This document shows, in pieces, positions 43,172 to 52,046 of a stretch of DNA of 64,000 bases. The notes under the pieces are model-generated. The model saw only the letters and a program-made list of their open reading frames with translations. It made no database searches and was not told the DNA's origin. Within the stretch, counting starts at the first letter, position 1. Each line of letters begins with the position of its first letter. A program made the translations under genes and the position numbers. The DNA is from an uncultured Acidobacteriota bacterium. GTDB lineage: Bacteria; Acidobacteriota; Terriglobia; UBA7540. The stretch lies in contig CAWDSK010000005.1 in NCBI GenBank assembly GCA_963804995.1, positions 480,001 to 544,000 of the forward strand, written 5' to 3'.

Positions 43172-43196
43172 ACGGAAGAGGAGGAGAATCTGAACG

Positions 43197-44107
43197 ATGC
43201 GAGCCGTCTGGTCTTTCTGGAGCCGGCCGTTTCACGCCTACTATGGCAGCATCTGGTGTAAGCCCCTGCACCATTTATTGGCTTGGGGGCTCTCCGTCGA
43301 AACTGCCAGCCGGCATTATCCCGACACGGTCTTGATTACGGATCGGCCCGGGAAGAAGCTGCTCGTCGACCAACTCGGCCTGCCACTTTGCCGAAGTCTC
43401 GACGGAACTCGAGCGGCTGGACGGCGTCGACCCCGGCTGGTGGGCCTTGGGAAAACTCGTCGCCTACAGCCTTCAGGATCGGCCTTTCGTTCACCTTGAT
43501 TCGGACGTTTTCTTGTGGAAGCGCTTGCCCCGTCACCTCCTCGATTCTCCAGTCTTTACGCAGTACCCGGAGGGCTTTCACGATCATGATCCCCATTACC
43601 GACCCCAGGATATTGAGTGGGCGTTCGCTCAACAGTCAACGAAACTCCCGATGGAATGGGAATGGGCGCGCTCGAATCGCAGCCATTTCCCGGCCGAGAA
43701 CTGCGGAATTCTAGGCGGTTCGCATGTTGAATTCCTGCGCTACTACGCGCAGACCGCCGTCGATTTAGTTTTGCGACCGGAGAACGCGGCGGCTTGGTCA
43801 CGCCTGCACGACAAGCGGTGTTACAACGTCGTTCTTGAGCAGTTCTTCCTTTCGGCCTGCGCGGGGTTCCATGGTGTTCATCCGGCCTCGCCCTACCAAG
43901 GGGTACGAATAAGCCGTCTCTTCAACTCATGGGAAGAGGCCTTTGATCCGAACCATGCCGCGCGCATCGGATTCACGCATCTGGTGGCCGGGGCCAAATC
44001 CCATCCGGCCGTCGGGAAGACGCTTGGAGGAACGCGTGCGCCGCGAAAATCCCGCGTACTTCCGCCGCTGCGAGCAAGTGCTGGCGAAGGCGGAGAGATT
44101 GATTTGA
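43197..44107 (+). CDS. DUF6734 family protein (DxD motif, glycosyltransferase-like); two frameshifts
   Basis: MRAVWSFWSRPF; WWALGKLVAYSLQDRPFVHLDSDVFLWK; NCGILGG; EQFFL; GFTHL; GAGGAG RBS. Confidence 0.75.
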
Positions 44108-44490
44108 CCTGGAAAGATCTGGATTGATCGAGTTTTGTCCCTCTGAAGGTCCTGAAGTATTCACCAACTGCGATTAGCCAAGATCCGCCAACACGTGATC
44201 CGAATGGATCCACCCTGCTTATCAGGTTGAATCCTCGGAACGCACGATTCATAATACGCCCGATTGTCGCTTTTCCCTGTTAGGGGCTTCGGAGATGGGG
44301 AGAGTTGTGACATCCTGATGGAGTGATACGGCGCACGGTTTGTTGTTCACTGATTCGAGCCCCGAATGCTGCACCTCTGGATGTTTCGCTTGATGCTACC
44401 AAACGAGCCTCAATCAAGAAGTACCTAGGCGACTTCCATTAGGCGGCCGAGGGCGGCGCCCATTGAACTACGGGCAGGGGAGGGAGAAAG

Positions 44491-45954
44491 ATGATTACTA
44501 CGGATACTGCTGTGGGATTGGTGAGCTTCTACGTCAATGGAACGTGGGAAAGGCCGCAGGGCCACACGACTCAGCCGGTGACTAACCCGGCTACGGGCGC
44601 TGTGCTGGCTGAGGTACCTTTCGCCAACCAGTCCGACGTTGATCGCGCCGTCCGCGCCGCGTACGAAGCTTTTCTCAAATGGCGTGACGTGCCCGTGGTC
44701 GACCGCGTGCAAGTGCTCTACCGCTTCAAGGCGCTGCTCGAACAGAATGCCGGCGAGCTGGCGGCCCTCCTCACTCGCGAGAACGGCAAAACTTTGGAGG
44801 ACTCCAAAGCTGAAGTGCGCCGCGCCATCCAAATGGTGGAAGTGGCGTGCGGCATGCCGAGCCTCATGATGGGCGATTCGCTGAATGACGTTGCCCGCGA
44901 GATCGACTGCAAGACGGTTCGGCAGCCGGTGGGCGTTTGTGTCGGCATCACGCCATTCAATTTTCCGGCGATGGTACCCATGTGGATGTGCCCGTTTGCC
45001 ATCGCCTGCGGAAACACGTTCGTCCTCAAGCCCTCGGAAAAAGTCCCGCTCACCCCCACGCGCATGGTCGAACTGCTCGGGGAAGCGGGCCTGCCGGCGG
45101 GCGTGCTGAACCTCGTGCACGGCGGCAAGGAATCCGTGGATGCCCTGCTGCACCATCCACTGGTTAAAGCTGTCTCCTTTGTGGGCTCGACGGCGGTCGC
45201 CAAATATATCTACGCGACTTCGGCGGCGGAAGGGAAACGCGTGCAAGCTCTGGGCGGAGCGAAGAATCACCTGGTGGTCATGCCCGATGCCGACCTGCCG
45301 AAGACTGTAGAGGCCATCATCGGCTCGGCGTTTGGCGCGGCGGGTGAACGCTGTCTTGCCGGCAGCGTGCTGGTTCCGGTGGGTGAGGCTGCAGGGCCGC
45401 TGCTCGATTTGCTGGCCAGGCGCACTCAGGCTCTGGCCGTGGGCGATGGCTCGCAACCTGGAATTGAAATGGGGCCGCTGGTAACTTCCGATCACTCGAA
45501 GCGAGTCGCGGGCTATATCGACAAAGGGATCGCTGAAGGAGCCACCCCGCTGTGCGACGGCCGGCAGTTCAAATCAGAAAGCGGAGGATTCTTCCTTGGC
45601 CCAACCATCTTCGACAACGTCACCCCCGAAATGACCATCGCCAAAGAAGAGATCTTCGGGCCCGTGCTCTCCGTGATTCGGGTTAATACCCTGGACGAGG
45701 CTATCCGGCTCGTGAATCGTTCGCCTTACGGCAACGCCACATCGATCTTCACCAGCAACGGCAAGGCCGCGCGCGAGTACTCCTCGCGCATTGAGGTGGG
45801 CATGGTGGGAATCAACGTCGGCGTGGCCGCCCCCATGGCCTTCTTCCCGTTTGCCGGCTGGAAGAATTCCTTCTTCGGCGACCTGCACGCGCATGGCAAG
45901 GACGCCGTGGCCTTCTATACCGAGCAGAAAGTCATCATGAGCCGCTGGTTCTAG
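44491..45954 (+). CDS. mmsA: CoA-acylating methylmalonate/malonate-semialdehyde dehydrogenase
   Basis: ITPFNFPAMVPMW, KPSEKVP, SFVGST, GGAKNH, GAAGERCLA, EEIFGPV, GWKNSFFGDLH. Confidence 0.93.
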   Translation: MITTDTAVGLVSFYVNGTWERPQGHTTQPVTNPATGAVLAEVPFANQSDVDRAVRAAYEAFLKWRDVPVVDRVQVLYRFKALLEQNAGELAALLTRENGKTLEDSKAEVRRAIQMVEVACGMPSLMMGDSLNDVAREIDCKTVRQPVGVCVGITPFNFPAMVPMWMCPFAIACGNTFVLKPSEKVPLTPTRMVELLGEAGLPAGVLNLVHGGKESVDALLHHPLVKAVSFVGSTAVAKYIYATSAAEGKRVQALGGAKNHLVVMPDADLPKTVEAIIGSAFGAAGERCLAGSVLVPVGEAAGPLLDLLARRTQALAVGDGSQPGIEMGPLVTSDHSKRVAGYIDKGIAEGATPLCDGRQFKSESGGFFLGPTIFDNVTPEMTIAKEEIFGPVLSVIRVNTLDEAIRLVNRSPYGNATSIFTSNGKAAREYSSRIEVGMVGINVGVAAPMAFFPFAGWKNSFFGDLHAHGKDAVAFYTEQKVIMSRWF

Positions 45955-46063
45955 CCGGCACGCCTTTTCCAGGCTGATTACTGCTCAGGGTTTTAGTCCT
46001 TGCGGTCCTTAACCGGCCGAGGGAATTTCTTGGTCCCAACCGGTAAGGGTCGAGAGAAGAATA

Positions 46064-46996
46064 ATGGCGAAACAATCCAATATTGTTGTGGTGGGCAGCG
46101 CCAACGTCGATCTCGTCACCTTTAACGATGCGTTTCCGCGGCCGGGCGAGACGATTTTCGGAAAGAAATTCGACCTGGGCTTCGGAGGGAAGGGTGCAAA
46201 TCAAGCTGTGGCCGCCTGCCTCTGTGGCGCTTCCGTGGGCATGGTCGCCAAGGTGGGCAGTGACTTGTTTGGTCCGGCCACGATCCAGAATTTCGCGTCC
46301 TTCGGCATCGACGCCAGCCACGTGCGCATCGCCGAAGGAGTTTCGAGCGGTGTCGCGCCCATCTTTGTCGACCCGAGTGGCCAAAATCGCATCCTGGTTG
46401 TGAAAGGCGCGAACGAGACGCTCACGCCGGATGATGTAGATGCCGCCGAGCCTTTGCTCAACAACGCTGACACCATTCTCCTGCAGTTTGAAATTCCTTT
46501 GTCCACCGTTTACCACACGCTCCGCCTCGCAAAGGCGAAGGGCATACGCTCGATTGTGAATCCGGCCCCCGCTCTTCCTCTGGATTTCCACGAAGTTGCT
46601 GCGGCCGACTATTTCATGCCCAATGAGAGCGAGGCGGAAGTCATCACCGGCCTGCCGGTGCGCTCCATCGACGATGCGAAAAGGTGCGGGGAATATCTCC
46701 TTCGGCAGGGACTCCGGCGCGTCATCATTACGCTGGGCGAGCGGGGTTCTCTGTTGGCGACACCGACAGGTCTTGAATTGATCCCTGCCTTTAAGGTTGA
46801 TCCAATTGACAGCACCGGCGCGGGCGACGCGTTTATCGGTAGCTTCGCGGTGTTTCTTGCCGAAGGCCTGCCGGACAAGGAGGCTCTCACTCGGGCCAGC
46901 CTCTATGCGGCGCTTTCTACGACCCGAGTGGGAACGCAGAAGTCTTTTCTGAATAGGGGCGATTTCGATAGGGAATGGCAGAAACGAGGCGCGTGA
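46064..46996 (+). CDS. rbsK: Ribokinase (PfkB family; deoxyribokinase possible)
   Basis: VVGSANVDL, GGKGANQAVA, PNESEAE, DSTGAGDAFIG. Confidence 0.9.
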   Translation: MAKQSNIVVVGSANVDLVTFNDAFPRPGETIFGKKFDLGFGGKGANQAVAACLCGASVGMVAKVGSDLFGPATIQNFASFGIDASHVRIAEGVSSGVAPIFVDPSGQNRILVVKGANETLTPDDVDAAEPLLNNADTILLQFEIPLSTVYHTLRLAKAKGIRSIVNPAPALPLDFHEVAAADYFMPNESEAEVITGLPVRSIDDAKRCGEYLLRQGLRRVIITLGERGSLLATPTGLELIPAFKVDPIDSTGAGDAFIGSFAVFLAEGLPDKEALTRASLYAALSTTRVGTQKSFLNRGDFDREWQKRGA

Positions 46997-47024
46997 GCAA
47001 CAGCAGCGCGAACCACGGCTTTCA

Positions 47025-47150
47025 TTGACGATTGTCGATTGCCGATTCGATGTTGTTAGCAAACAGTCATCAGTAGTCAGTAAAAGGCTTTAATGAACCC
47101 TAAGGACTAAAGACTTCCTTCTGTTCAATCGACAATCGAAAACCGTCAAT
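47025..47150. repeat. Inverted heptamer-repeat arms between convergent rbsK and deoC (possible bidirectional terminator)
   Basis: ATTGACG ATTGTCG ATTGCCG ATT versus CAATCGA CAATCGA AAACCGT CAAT. Confidence 0.5.
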
Positions 47151-47830
47151 TAGTTAAGCCGGCGCTTGCACTCCGCCAGGATGTCTTTGGTCCGCGAGGC
47201 CCCGATTCGTGTCGCCCCCAGGGCACGGAAGGCCAGGAGTTGGTCGAGATCCCGAATGCCTCCGGCGGCTTTCACCTGCACATGCGCGGGCGAGTGGGCG
47301 CGCATCAATTTCACATCTTCGAGCGTGGCCCCGGATGTGCCGAAGCCCGTCGAGGTCTTCACCCAATCGACGCCGAGCTCCGCGCAGATTTCACACAGCT
47401 TGACCTTGTGTGATTCCGCGAGGTAGCAGTTCTCAAAGATCACTTTAACCTTCTGTTTTTGCGCGTGCGTCACTTCGATGACGGTGTTGATATCGTCGCG
47501 GACGTAGCTCCAGTCTCCGCTCAGCACTTTGCTGACGTTCACTACCATATCCAACTCTTCGCCGCCGTCCTCCAGGGCGCGCTGCGCTTCCGCAAGCTTG
47601 ATAGCAGTCGTGTGGCCGCCATGCGGAAACCCGATCGTCGTGCTCGCCCTTACCATGCTGCCTCTCAGAATCTCCGCACATCTCTTCAGGTAGTAGGGCA
47701 TGATGCAGACACTGGCGCAGTTAAATTCAAGGGCAAGATGGCAGCCCTGCTCCAGGTCCCGGTCAGTGAGCGTAACGGGCAACAAGGAATGATCGATCAT
47801 CCTCGCAATATCTTCATAGGTGTAATCCAT
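47150..47830 (-). CDS. deoC: Deoxyribose-phosphate aldolase
   Basis: MIDHSLL, TIGFPHG, ELDMVVN, KVIFEN, WVKTSTGF, KAAGGIR, RIGAS. Confidence 0.95.
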   Translation of the reverse strand: MDYTYEDIARMIDHSLLPVTLTDRDLEQGCHLALEFNCASVCIMPYYLKRCAEILRGSMVRASTTIGFPHGGHTTAIKLAEAQRALEDGGEELDMVVNVSKVLSGDWSYVRDDINTVIEVTHAQKQKVKVIFENCYLAESHKVKLCEICAELGVDWVKTSTGFGTSGATLEDVKLMRAHSPAHVQVKAAGGIRDLDQLLAFRALGATRIGASRTKDILAECKRRLN

Positions 47831-48071
47831 TGAGGCTCCGTCCTGCATCGTGAAATGCTTCGCACTGATGCCGTTGCAAAATTCTGTCGCCACATCAATT
47901 CGGCTCACGATTCTATTCCGAGCGTCGCCGCGGCTCAAGTGTAGTTCCGCCGCCGGTGGTCCGGGGTTCGAAGTCGCGGGAGGGCAACAAGACAAGGTAT
48001 ACTCCTACCCTTCGCACGGCCAGGGAGTGGAATAGAGGTTAATCGATGGGATTGCTCACTCGCGTCCGGGC

Positions 48072-48356
48072 ATGGATACACCAGAACTAATCCGAAAAGA
48101 GCGGAACAGCTTGGTCCTGAGTCACGACGAGATTGTTGATTTTGTGGAGCGTTACACGCGGGACGAAATCCCCGACTATCAGGCCTCCGCCCTTCTGATG
48201 GTGATCTACTTTCGCGGCATGGACGTCCGAGAGACCGCGGACCTGACCGAGGCCATGTTGCGGTCGGGCCAGGAACTCGACCTCACGAAACTGTCGTTAC
48301 CAAAAATTGACAAGTATTCTACGGGGGGCGTTAATGAAGACCCCCTGGGGGTTTGA
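48072..48356 (+). pseudogene. pdp: N-terminal fragment of pyrimidine-nucleoside/thymidine phosphorylase
   Basis: IPDYQASALLMVIYFRGM..ETADLTEAMLRSG..IDKYSTGGV then stop at 94 aa; full enzymes are about 430 aa. Confidence 0.85.
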
Positions 48357-48359
48357 AAA

Positions 48360-49559
48360 ATGACACGGTTGATTCCGATTCTCGGCATACTGACAATTCT
48401 CTCCGCGGCCGTACTGCTTTCCAAGAACCGCAAAGCCATTGTCTGGCGCACGGTGGCCTGGGGATTGGGTTTGCAAATCGCCGTCGCCATTTTCGTACTG
48501 CGCACACGCGCGGGTTATTGGCTGCTCGACAAGATTTCGCACGCGTTCGTGGAGGTCCTGAATTGTTCTTTTGCCGGCTCCTCATTTGTGTTCGGCGCGC
48601 TGGGGCAGAAGCAAGGGAGCTTTGGGATGGTCTTTGCGTTCCAGGCCTTGCCGATGATTATTTTCGTCGCCTCACTGTTCTCCATCCTTTACTACCTGCG
48701 CGTGATTCCGACCCTGGTTCTCCTGACCGGCAAAGCGATGTTCAAGTTGATGGGGACAAGTGGAGCTGAATCACTGGAAGTCGCGGCCAGCATTCTGATG
48801 GGGCAGACGGAAGCGCCGTTGGTGATCCGTCCCTATCTCGAGCACCTGACCGAGTCTGAGTTGATGACGATCATGACGGCGGGCATGGCGCATATTGCGG
48901 GTTCGGTCTTCGGGGCGTATGTCTTGTTCGGAGCGGAGGCGCGCCACTTGCTGACGGCCGTGGTGATGACCGCTCCTGGGACTATTCTGATTTCCAAGAT
49001 GCTGATCCCGGAAACCGGCCATCCTAAAACCTTGGGCAAAATCGAAATCACCGAGGAGGGAAGGGCCATCAACCTTCTGGATGCCGCATCGCGCGGGGTC
49101 TTGGACGGCCTCCACCTGGCGCTCAACGTCGCCGCTATGCTTGTGGCGTTCGTCGCGCTCATTTTCCTTGTGAACTTGATTCTGGGAGTCGCTCACACGA
49201 ATCTCCAAACGTTGCTAGGTTATCCCCTGGCGCCCGTGGCGTGGCTCCTGGGGGTTCCGTGGACGGACGCTGCGACGATCGGAAACCTAATGGGAACGAA
49301 AGTGGTAGTAAATGAATTTGTGGCATTTTCCATGCTCGGCCCCCTTAGAGGTCATATTGCCGAGCGCTCCTTTACCATTGCGACCTACGCTCTTTGCGGG
49401 TTTGCCAACTTCTCCTCCATCGGAATTCAAATCGGTGGCATCGGCGCCCTCGCCCCTTCACGGAAGCAGGACTTGGCCAGGCTGGGTTTCCGGGCCCTGG
49501 TGGCTGGCACCCTGGCGAACTATATGGCGGCAGCGATCGCAGGGTTGCTGCTGGTGTAA
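48360..49559 (+). CDS. nupC: Concentrative nucleoside transporter (NupC/CNT family)
   Basis: FAFQALPMIIF, GQTEAPLVIRPY, NEFVAF, YALCGFANFSSIGIQIGG. Confidence 0.93.
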   Translation: MTRLIPILGILTILSAAVLLSKNRKAIVWRTVAWGLGLQIAVAIFVLRTRAGYWLLDKISHAFVEVLNCSFAGSSFVFGALGQKQGSFGMVFAFQALPMIIFVASLFSILYYLRVIPTLVLLTGKAMFKLMGTSGAESLEVAASILMGQTEAPLVIRPYLEHLTESELMTIMTAGMAHIAGSVFGAYVLFGAEARHLLTAVVMTAPGTILISKMLIPETGHPKTLGKIEITEEGRAINLLDAASRGVLDGLHLALNVAAMLVAFVALIFLVNLILGVAHTNLQTLLGYPLAPVAWLLGVPWTDAATIGNLMGTKVVVNEFVAFSMLGPLRGHIAERSFTIATYALCGFANFSSIGIQIGGIGALAPSRKQDLARLGFRALVAGTLANYMAAAIAGLLLV

Positions 49560-49645
49560 GTTGAAGCCGAAAATCGAAATTCGAAAATGGAAACTCGCCG
49601 CAAATTTCGAGCTTTGCATCAGCATGATTTCGGACAGCGGAAACG

Positions 49646-50530
49646 GTGAAACCCATGGCTCGCCACAAATCCATTGATACTGGCCACAGGCCACACGGCT
49701 ACGAAGAGGCGCTGCAAGCCGCAGAATACATCCGCTCGCGATGTAAGACTGTGCCGCGGGTCGCCATCACTCTTGGCTCTGGTCTCGATGCAGTGGTGAA
49801 CAGGCTTGAGACTCAAGTTGAGATTCCGTACAAGCGCATACCGCATTTTCCAGGGACAACGGTCCAGGGGCACGGTGGCGCCTTACATTTGGGAACCTGG
49901 CAAGGTGTGCCGATGGCCATGCTGGAAGGTCGAGTGCACTGTTACGAGGGACATGCGCCATCGGCTGTCGTGTTTCCCGTCCGGGCACTGGCGCTGGCAG
50001 GGGTGAAAGTCTTTGTTTTTACCTGCGCTGCGGGAGGGATTGCTGCCAAGGCAAAGCCTGGCGGGTTCATGATTTTTTCTGACCACCTGCACTTGCAAGG
50101 AGTAAACCCCCTGGTGGGGGCTCACGACCCGCGCTGGGGAGCGCAGTTCGTGGATTTGACCGAGGCCTACGATCCCACCTTGCGACGTCTCGCGCGGAAA
50201 GCGGCGATCAAGCTGGGCTTACCTTGCTTCGAAGGTGTCTATGCATCGCTGCTCGGGCCCACTTACGAAACGCCGGCAGAGATTCGCGCCTTAAGGGGCA
50301 TGGGCGCTGATGCGGTGGGGATGTCCACGGTGCCGGAAGTGATGGCAGCGCGCCAGTTGAAATGCCGGGTTCTCACTATTGCCACCATCACGAACCGCGC
50401 GGCGGGGTTGGCGGGAGAAGCTTTGTCGCATGAAGAGGTGCTGGGCGTGGGGCGGGACGCCTCGCGCCATCTCGTGGATCTCCTGGACGCCATCCTTCCG
50501 CAACTGGCTGAAGGGAGGGGGCGATCATGA
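49646..50530 (+). CDS. punA: Purine nucleoside phosphorylase (trimeric PunA/XapA type)
   Basis: LGSGL, IPHFPGTTVQGH, GRVHCYEG, GPTYETPAEI, DAVGMSTVPE, ITNRAAG, LSHEEV. Confidence 0.92.
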   Translation: MKPMARHKSIDTGHRPHGYEEALQAAEYIRSRCKTVPRVAITLGSGLDAVVNRLETQVEIPYKRIPHFPGTTVQGHGGALHLGTWQGVPMAMLEGRVHCYEGHAPSAVVFPVRALALAGVKVFVFTCAAGGIAAKAKPGGFMIFSDHLHLQGVNPLVGAHDPRWGAQFVDLTEAYDPTLRRLARKAAIKLGLPCFEGVYASLLGPTYETPAEIRALRGMGADAVGMSTVPEVMAARQLKCRVLTIATITNRAAGLAGEALSHEEVLGVGRDASRHLVDLLDAILPQLAEGRGRS

Positions 50531-50661
50531 ATCATGAAGATCTCATCGCACGTGCGGTCGAAGTGCGTGAGAACGCCTGCGCCGCGTATTCCAATTACAA
50601 GGTGGGAGCAGCATTGCGCGCTCGGAACGGTAAGGTTGGCCTCAAACCGAAAAGGCGATAA
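50527..50661 (+). pseudogene. cdd: N-terminal fragment of cytidine deaminase (44 aa, not in ORF track)
   Basis: MNHEDLIARAVEVRENACAAYSNYKVGAALRARNGKV then stop; ATGA-coupled to punA; lacks the CAE/PCGAC zinc motifs. Confidence 0.8.
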
Positions 50662-50691
50662 CCTATCGCACGAGTTCGCCTGGAGCGGAAC

Positions 50692-51947
50692 ATGGAATTC
50701 GTCAAAGGACTCAAGTGTGTATTCTGCGGTGTGGTGTATTCAACGCGCGTTCCTTACACCTGCCCTGCGTGTGGAATAGCCGGCATACTTGATGTCCAAT
50801 ACGACTACCCAGCAATTGCCACGCGCATGACTCGGGGGAGTTTAGCCAAGCGTCCCGATTACACGCACTGGCGATACCGCGAGTTATTGCCTATCCGCAA
50901 GGATGCGGTTCTGCCGCGCTTGCCAGTCGGGTGGACCCGATTGTTCGAGCTGAATTGCTCGCGCGTCACTTCGGACTGAAGACACTGTATCTGAAAGATG
51001 ACGGGCGCAATGCCACCGGCTCAATGAAGGATCGGGCGAGCTCCGTTGGGGTGGTCAAAGCTCACGAGAAGCGAGCGAAGATTGTTGCCTGCGCCAGTAC
51101 GGGGAACGCAGCTTCATCCTTGGCCGGAATGGCTGCGTCGATGGGACTGAAAAGCGTCATCTTCGTGCCGGAGCGCGCACCGGAGCCCAAGGTTGCCCAA
51201 TTGCTGATTTTCGGCGCAACGGTCTTCCGGGTGCGAGGCAGTTACGAGGACGCCTTCCAGTTGTGCCAGAACTCCTGCGAGCGTTGGGGTTGGTACAATC
51301 GGAATTGCGCAATCAATCCTTACCTGGTCGAGGGCAAGAAAACCGTGGGACTGGAAACCTGTGAGCAGCTCGGATGGCACGTTCCAGATTGGGTGGCGGT
51401 TTCGGTCGGCGACGGGTGCACCATCGCCGGCGTGTGGAAGGGTTTCCAGGAAATGAGGACACTCGGGCTCGTGGAACGCGCTCCCCGGATGCTCGGCGTA
51501 CAAGCGGCCGGCGCTGCCCCCGTAACTGCGGCCTTCCGCAGCGGAGGACCGTTACAGCCGGTCAAGCCCCAGACGATTGCCGACAGCATTGCGGTGGGTG
51601 TACCCAGGAACTGGAAAAAGGCGGTGATCGCAGTTCAAGCATCGAGCGGTTGCATGATCAATGTTGAGGATGAGGAGATTCTCGAGGCCATGCGATGTAC
51701 CGGCCGCTTGTCCGGCATTTTCGCGGAACCCGCAGCCGCCACAGCCGTCGCCGGCGTGCACCGCGCGGTTCGAGAGGGAATCATTGGACACAAAGCGAGC
51801 GTTCTCGCGGTGGTTACCGGCAACGGGCTGAAAGACTTTCGAAGCGCGCAGGCTGCGGTCACGGAACCTTTCGACATTGCGCCGGACGGAGCCGGACTGG
51901 ATGACATCATCAAAGATCAGCACCTTGTTCCACACGACCTTGCTTAA
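50692..51947 (+). CDS. thrC: Threonine synthase-like PLP enzyme; one -1 frameshift in a C run near 50937
   Basis: CVFC..CPAC N-terminus, WRYRELLP, NATGSMKDRA, ASTGNAASSLA, EGKKT, VGDG, TGNGLKD; restoring one C gives GWTPIVRA. Confidence 0.8.
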
Positions 51948-52046
51948 CCTGGCTGATCAGATGGACTGCAATGGGTGCGTGCGCAATGCGGAGGAGTTGC
52001 TAGTCTGGAAACAGTAACGCCCTAAACTCACATCCATGGAAGACAG

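Larger units (their letters stand above)
20047..44107 (+). other. Extracellular contractile injection system (eCIS; Afp/PVC-like) gene cluster
   Basis: Co-directional, often ATGA-coupled genes for sheath, tube, DUF4255 cap, AAA+ ATPase, DUF4157, LysM, hub, spike, PAAR-like, gp25, baseplate J, DUF6519; no capsid, terminase or T6SS membrane complex genes. Confidence 0.93.

Noticed and set aside
20190..44030. Programmed ribosomal frameshifting or an alternative genetic code in the eCIS genes
   Set aside because: Shifts are numerous, go in both directions and lack consistent slippery sites; flanking genes use the standard code.
20047..44107. Prophage or type VI secretion system
   Set aside because: No capsid, portal, terminase, integrase or lysis genes, and no TssJ/L/M, TssA or ClpV; DUF4255, the Afp15-type ATPase and DUF4157 point to eCIS.
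47925..47990. tRNA-like sequence around GGGGTTCGAAG
   Set aside because: T-loop-like motif only; no consistent acceptor, D or anticodon stems.
49560..49620. Heptamer-like repeats (AAAATCG AAATTCG AAAATGG AAACTCG) as a special element
   Set aside because: Short degenerate intergenic repeat like those at 27.6 and 47.0 kb; no evidence of a specific function.
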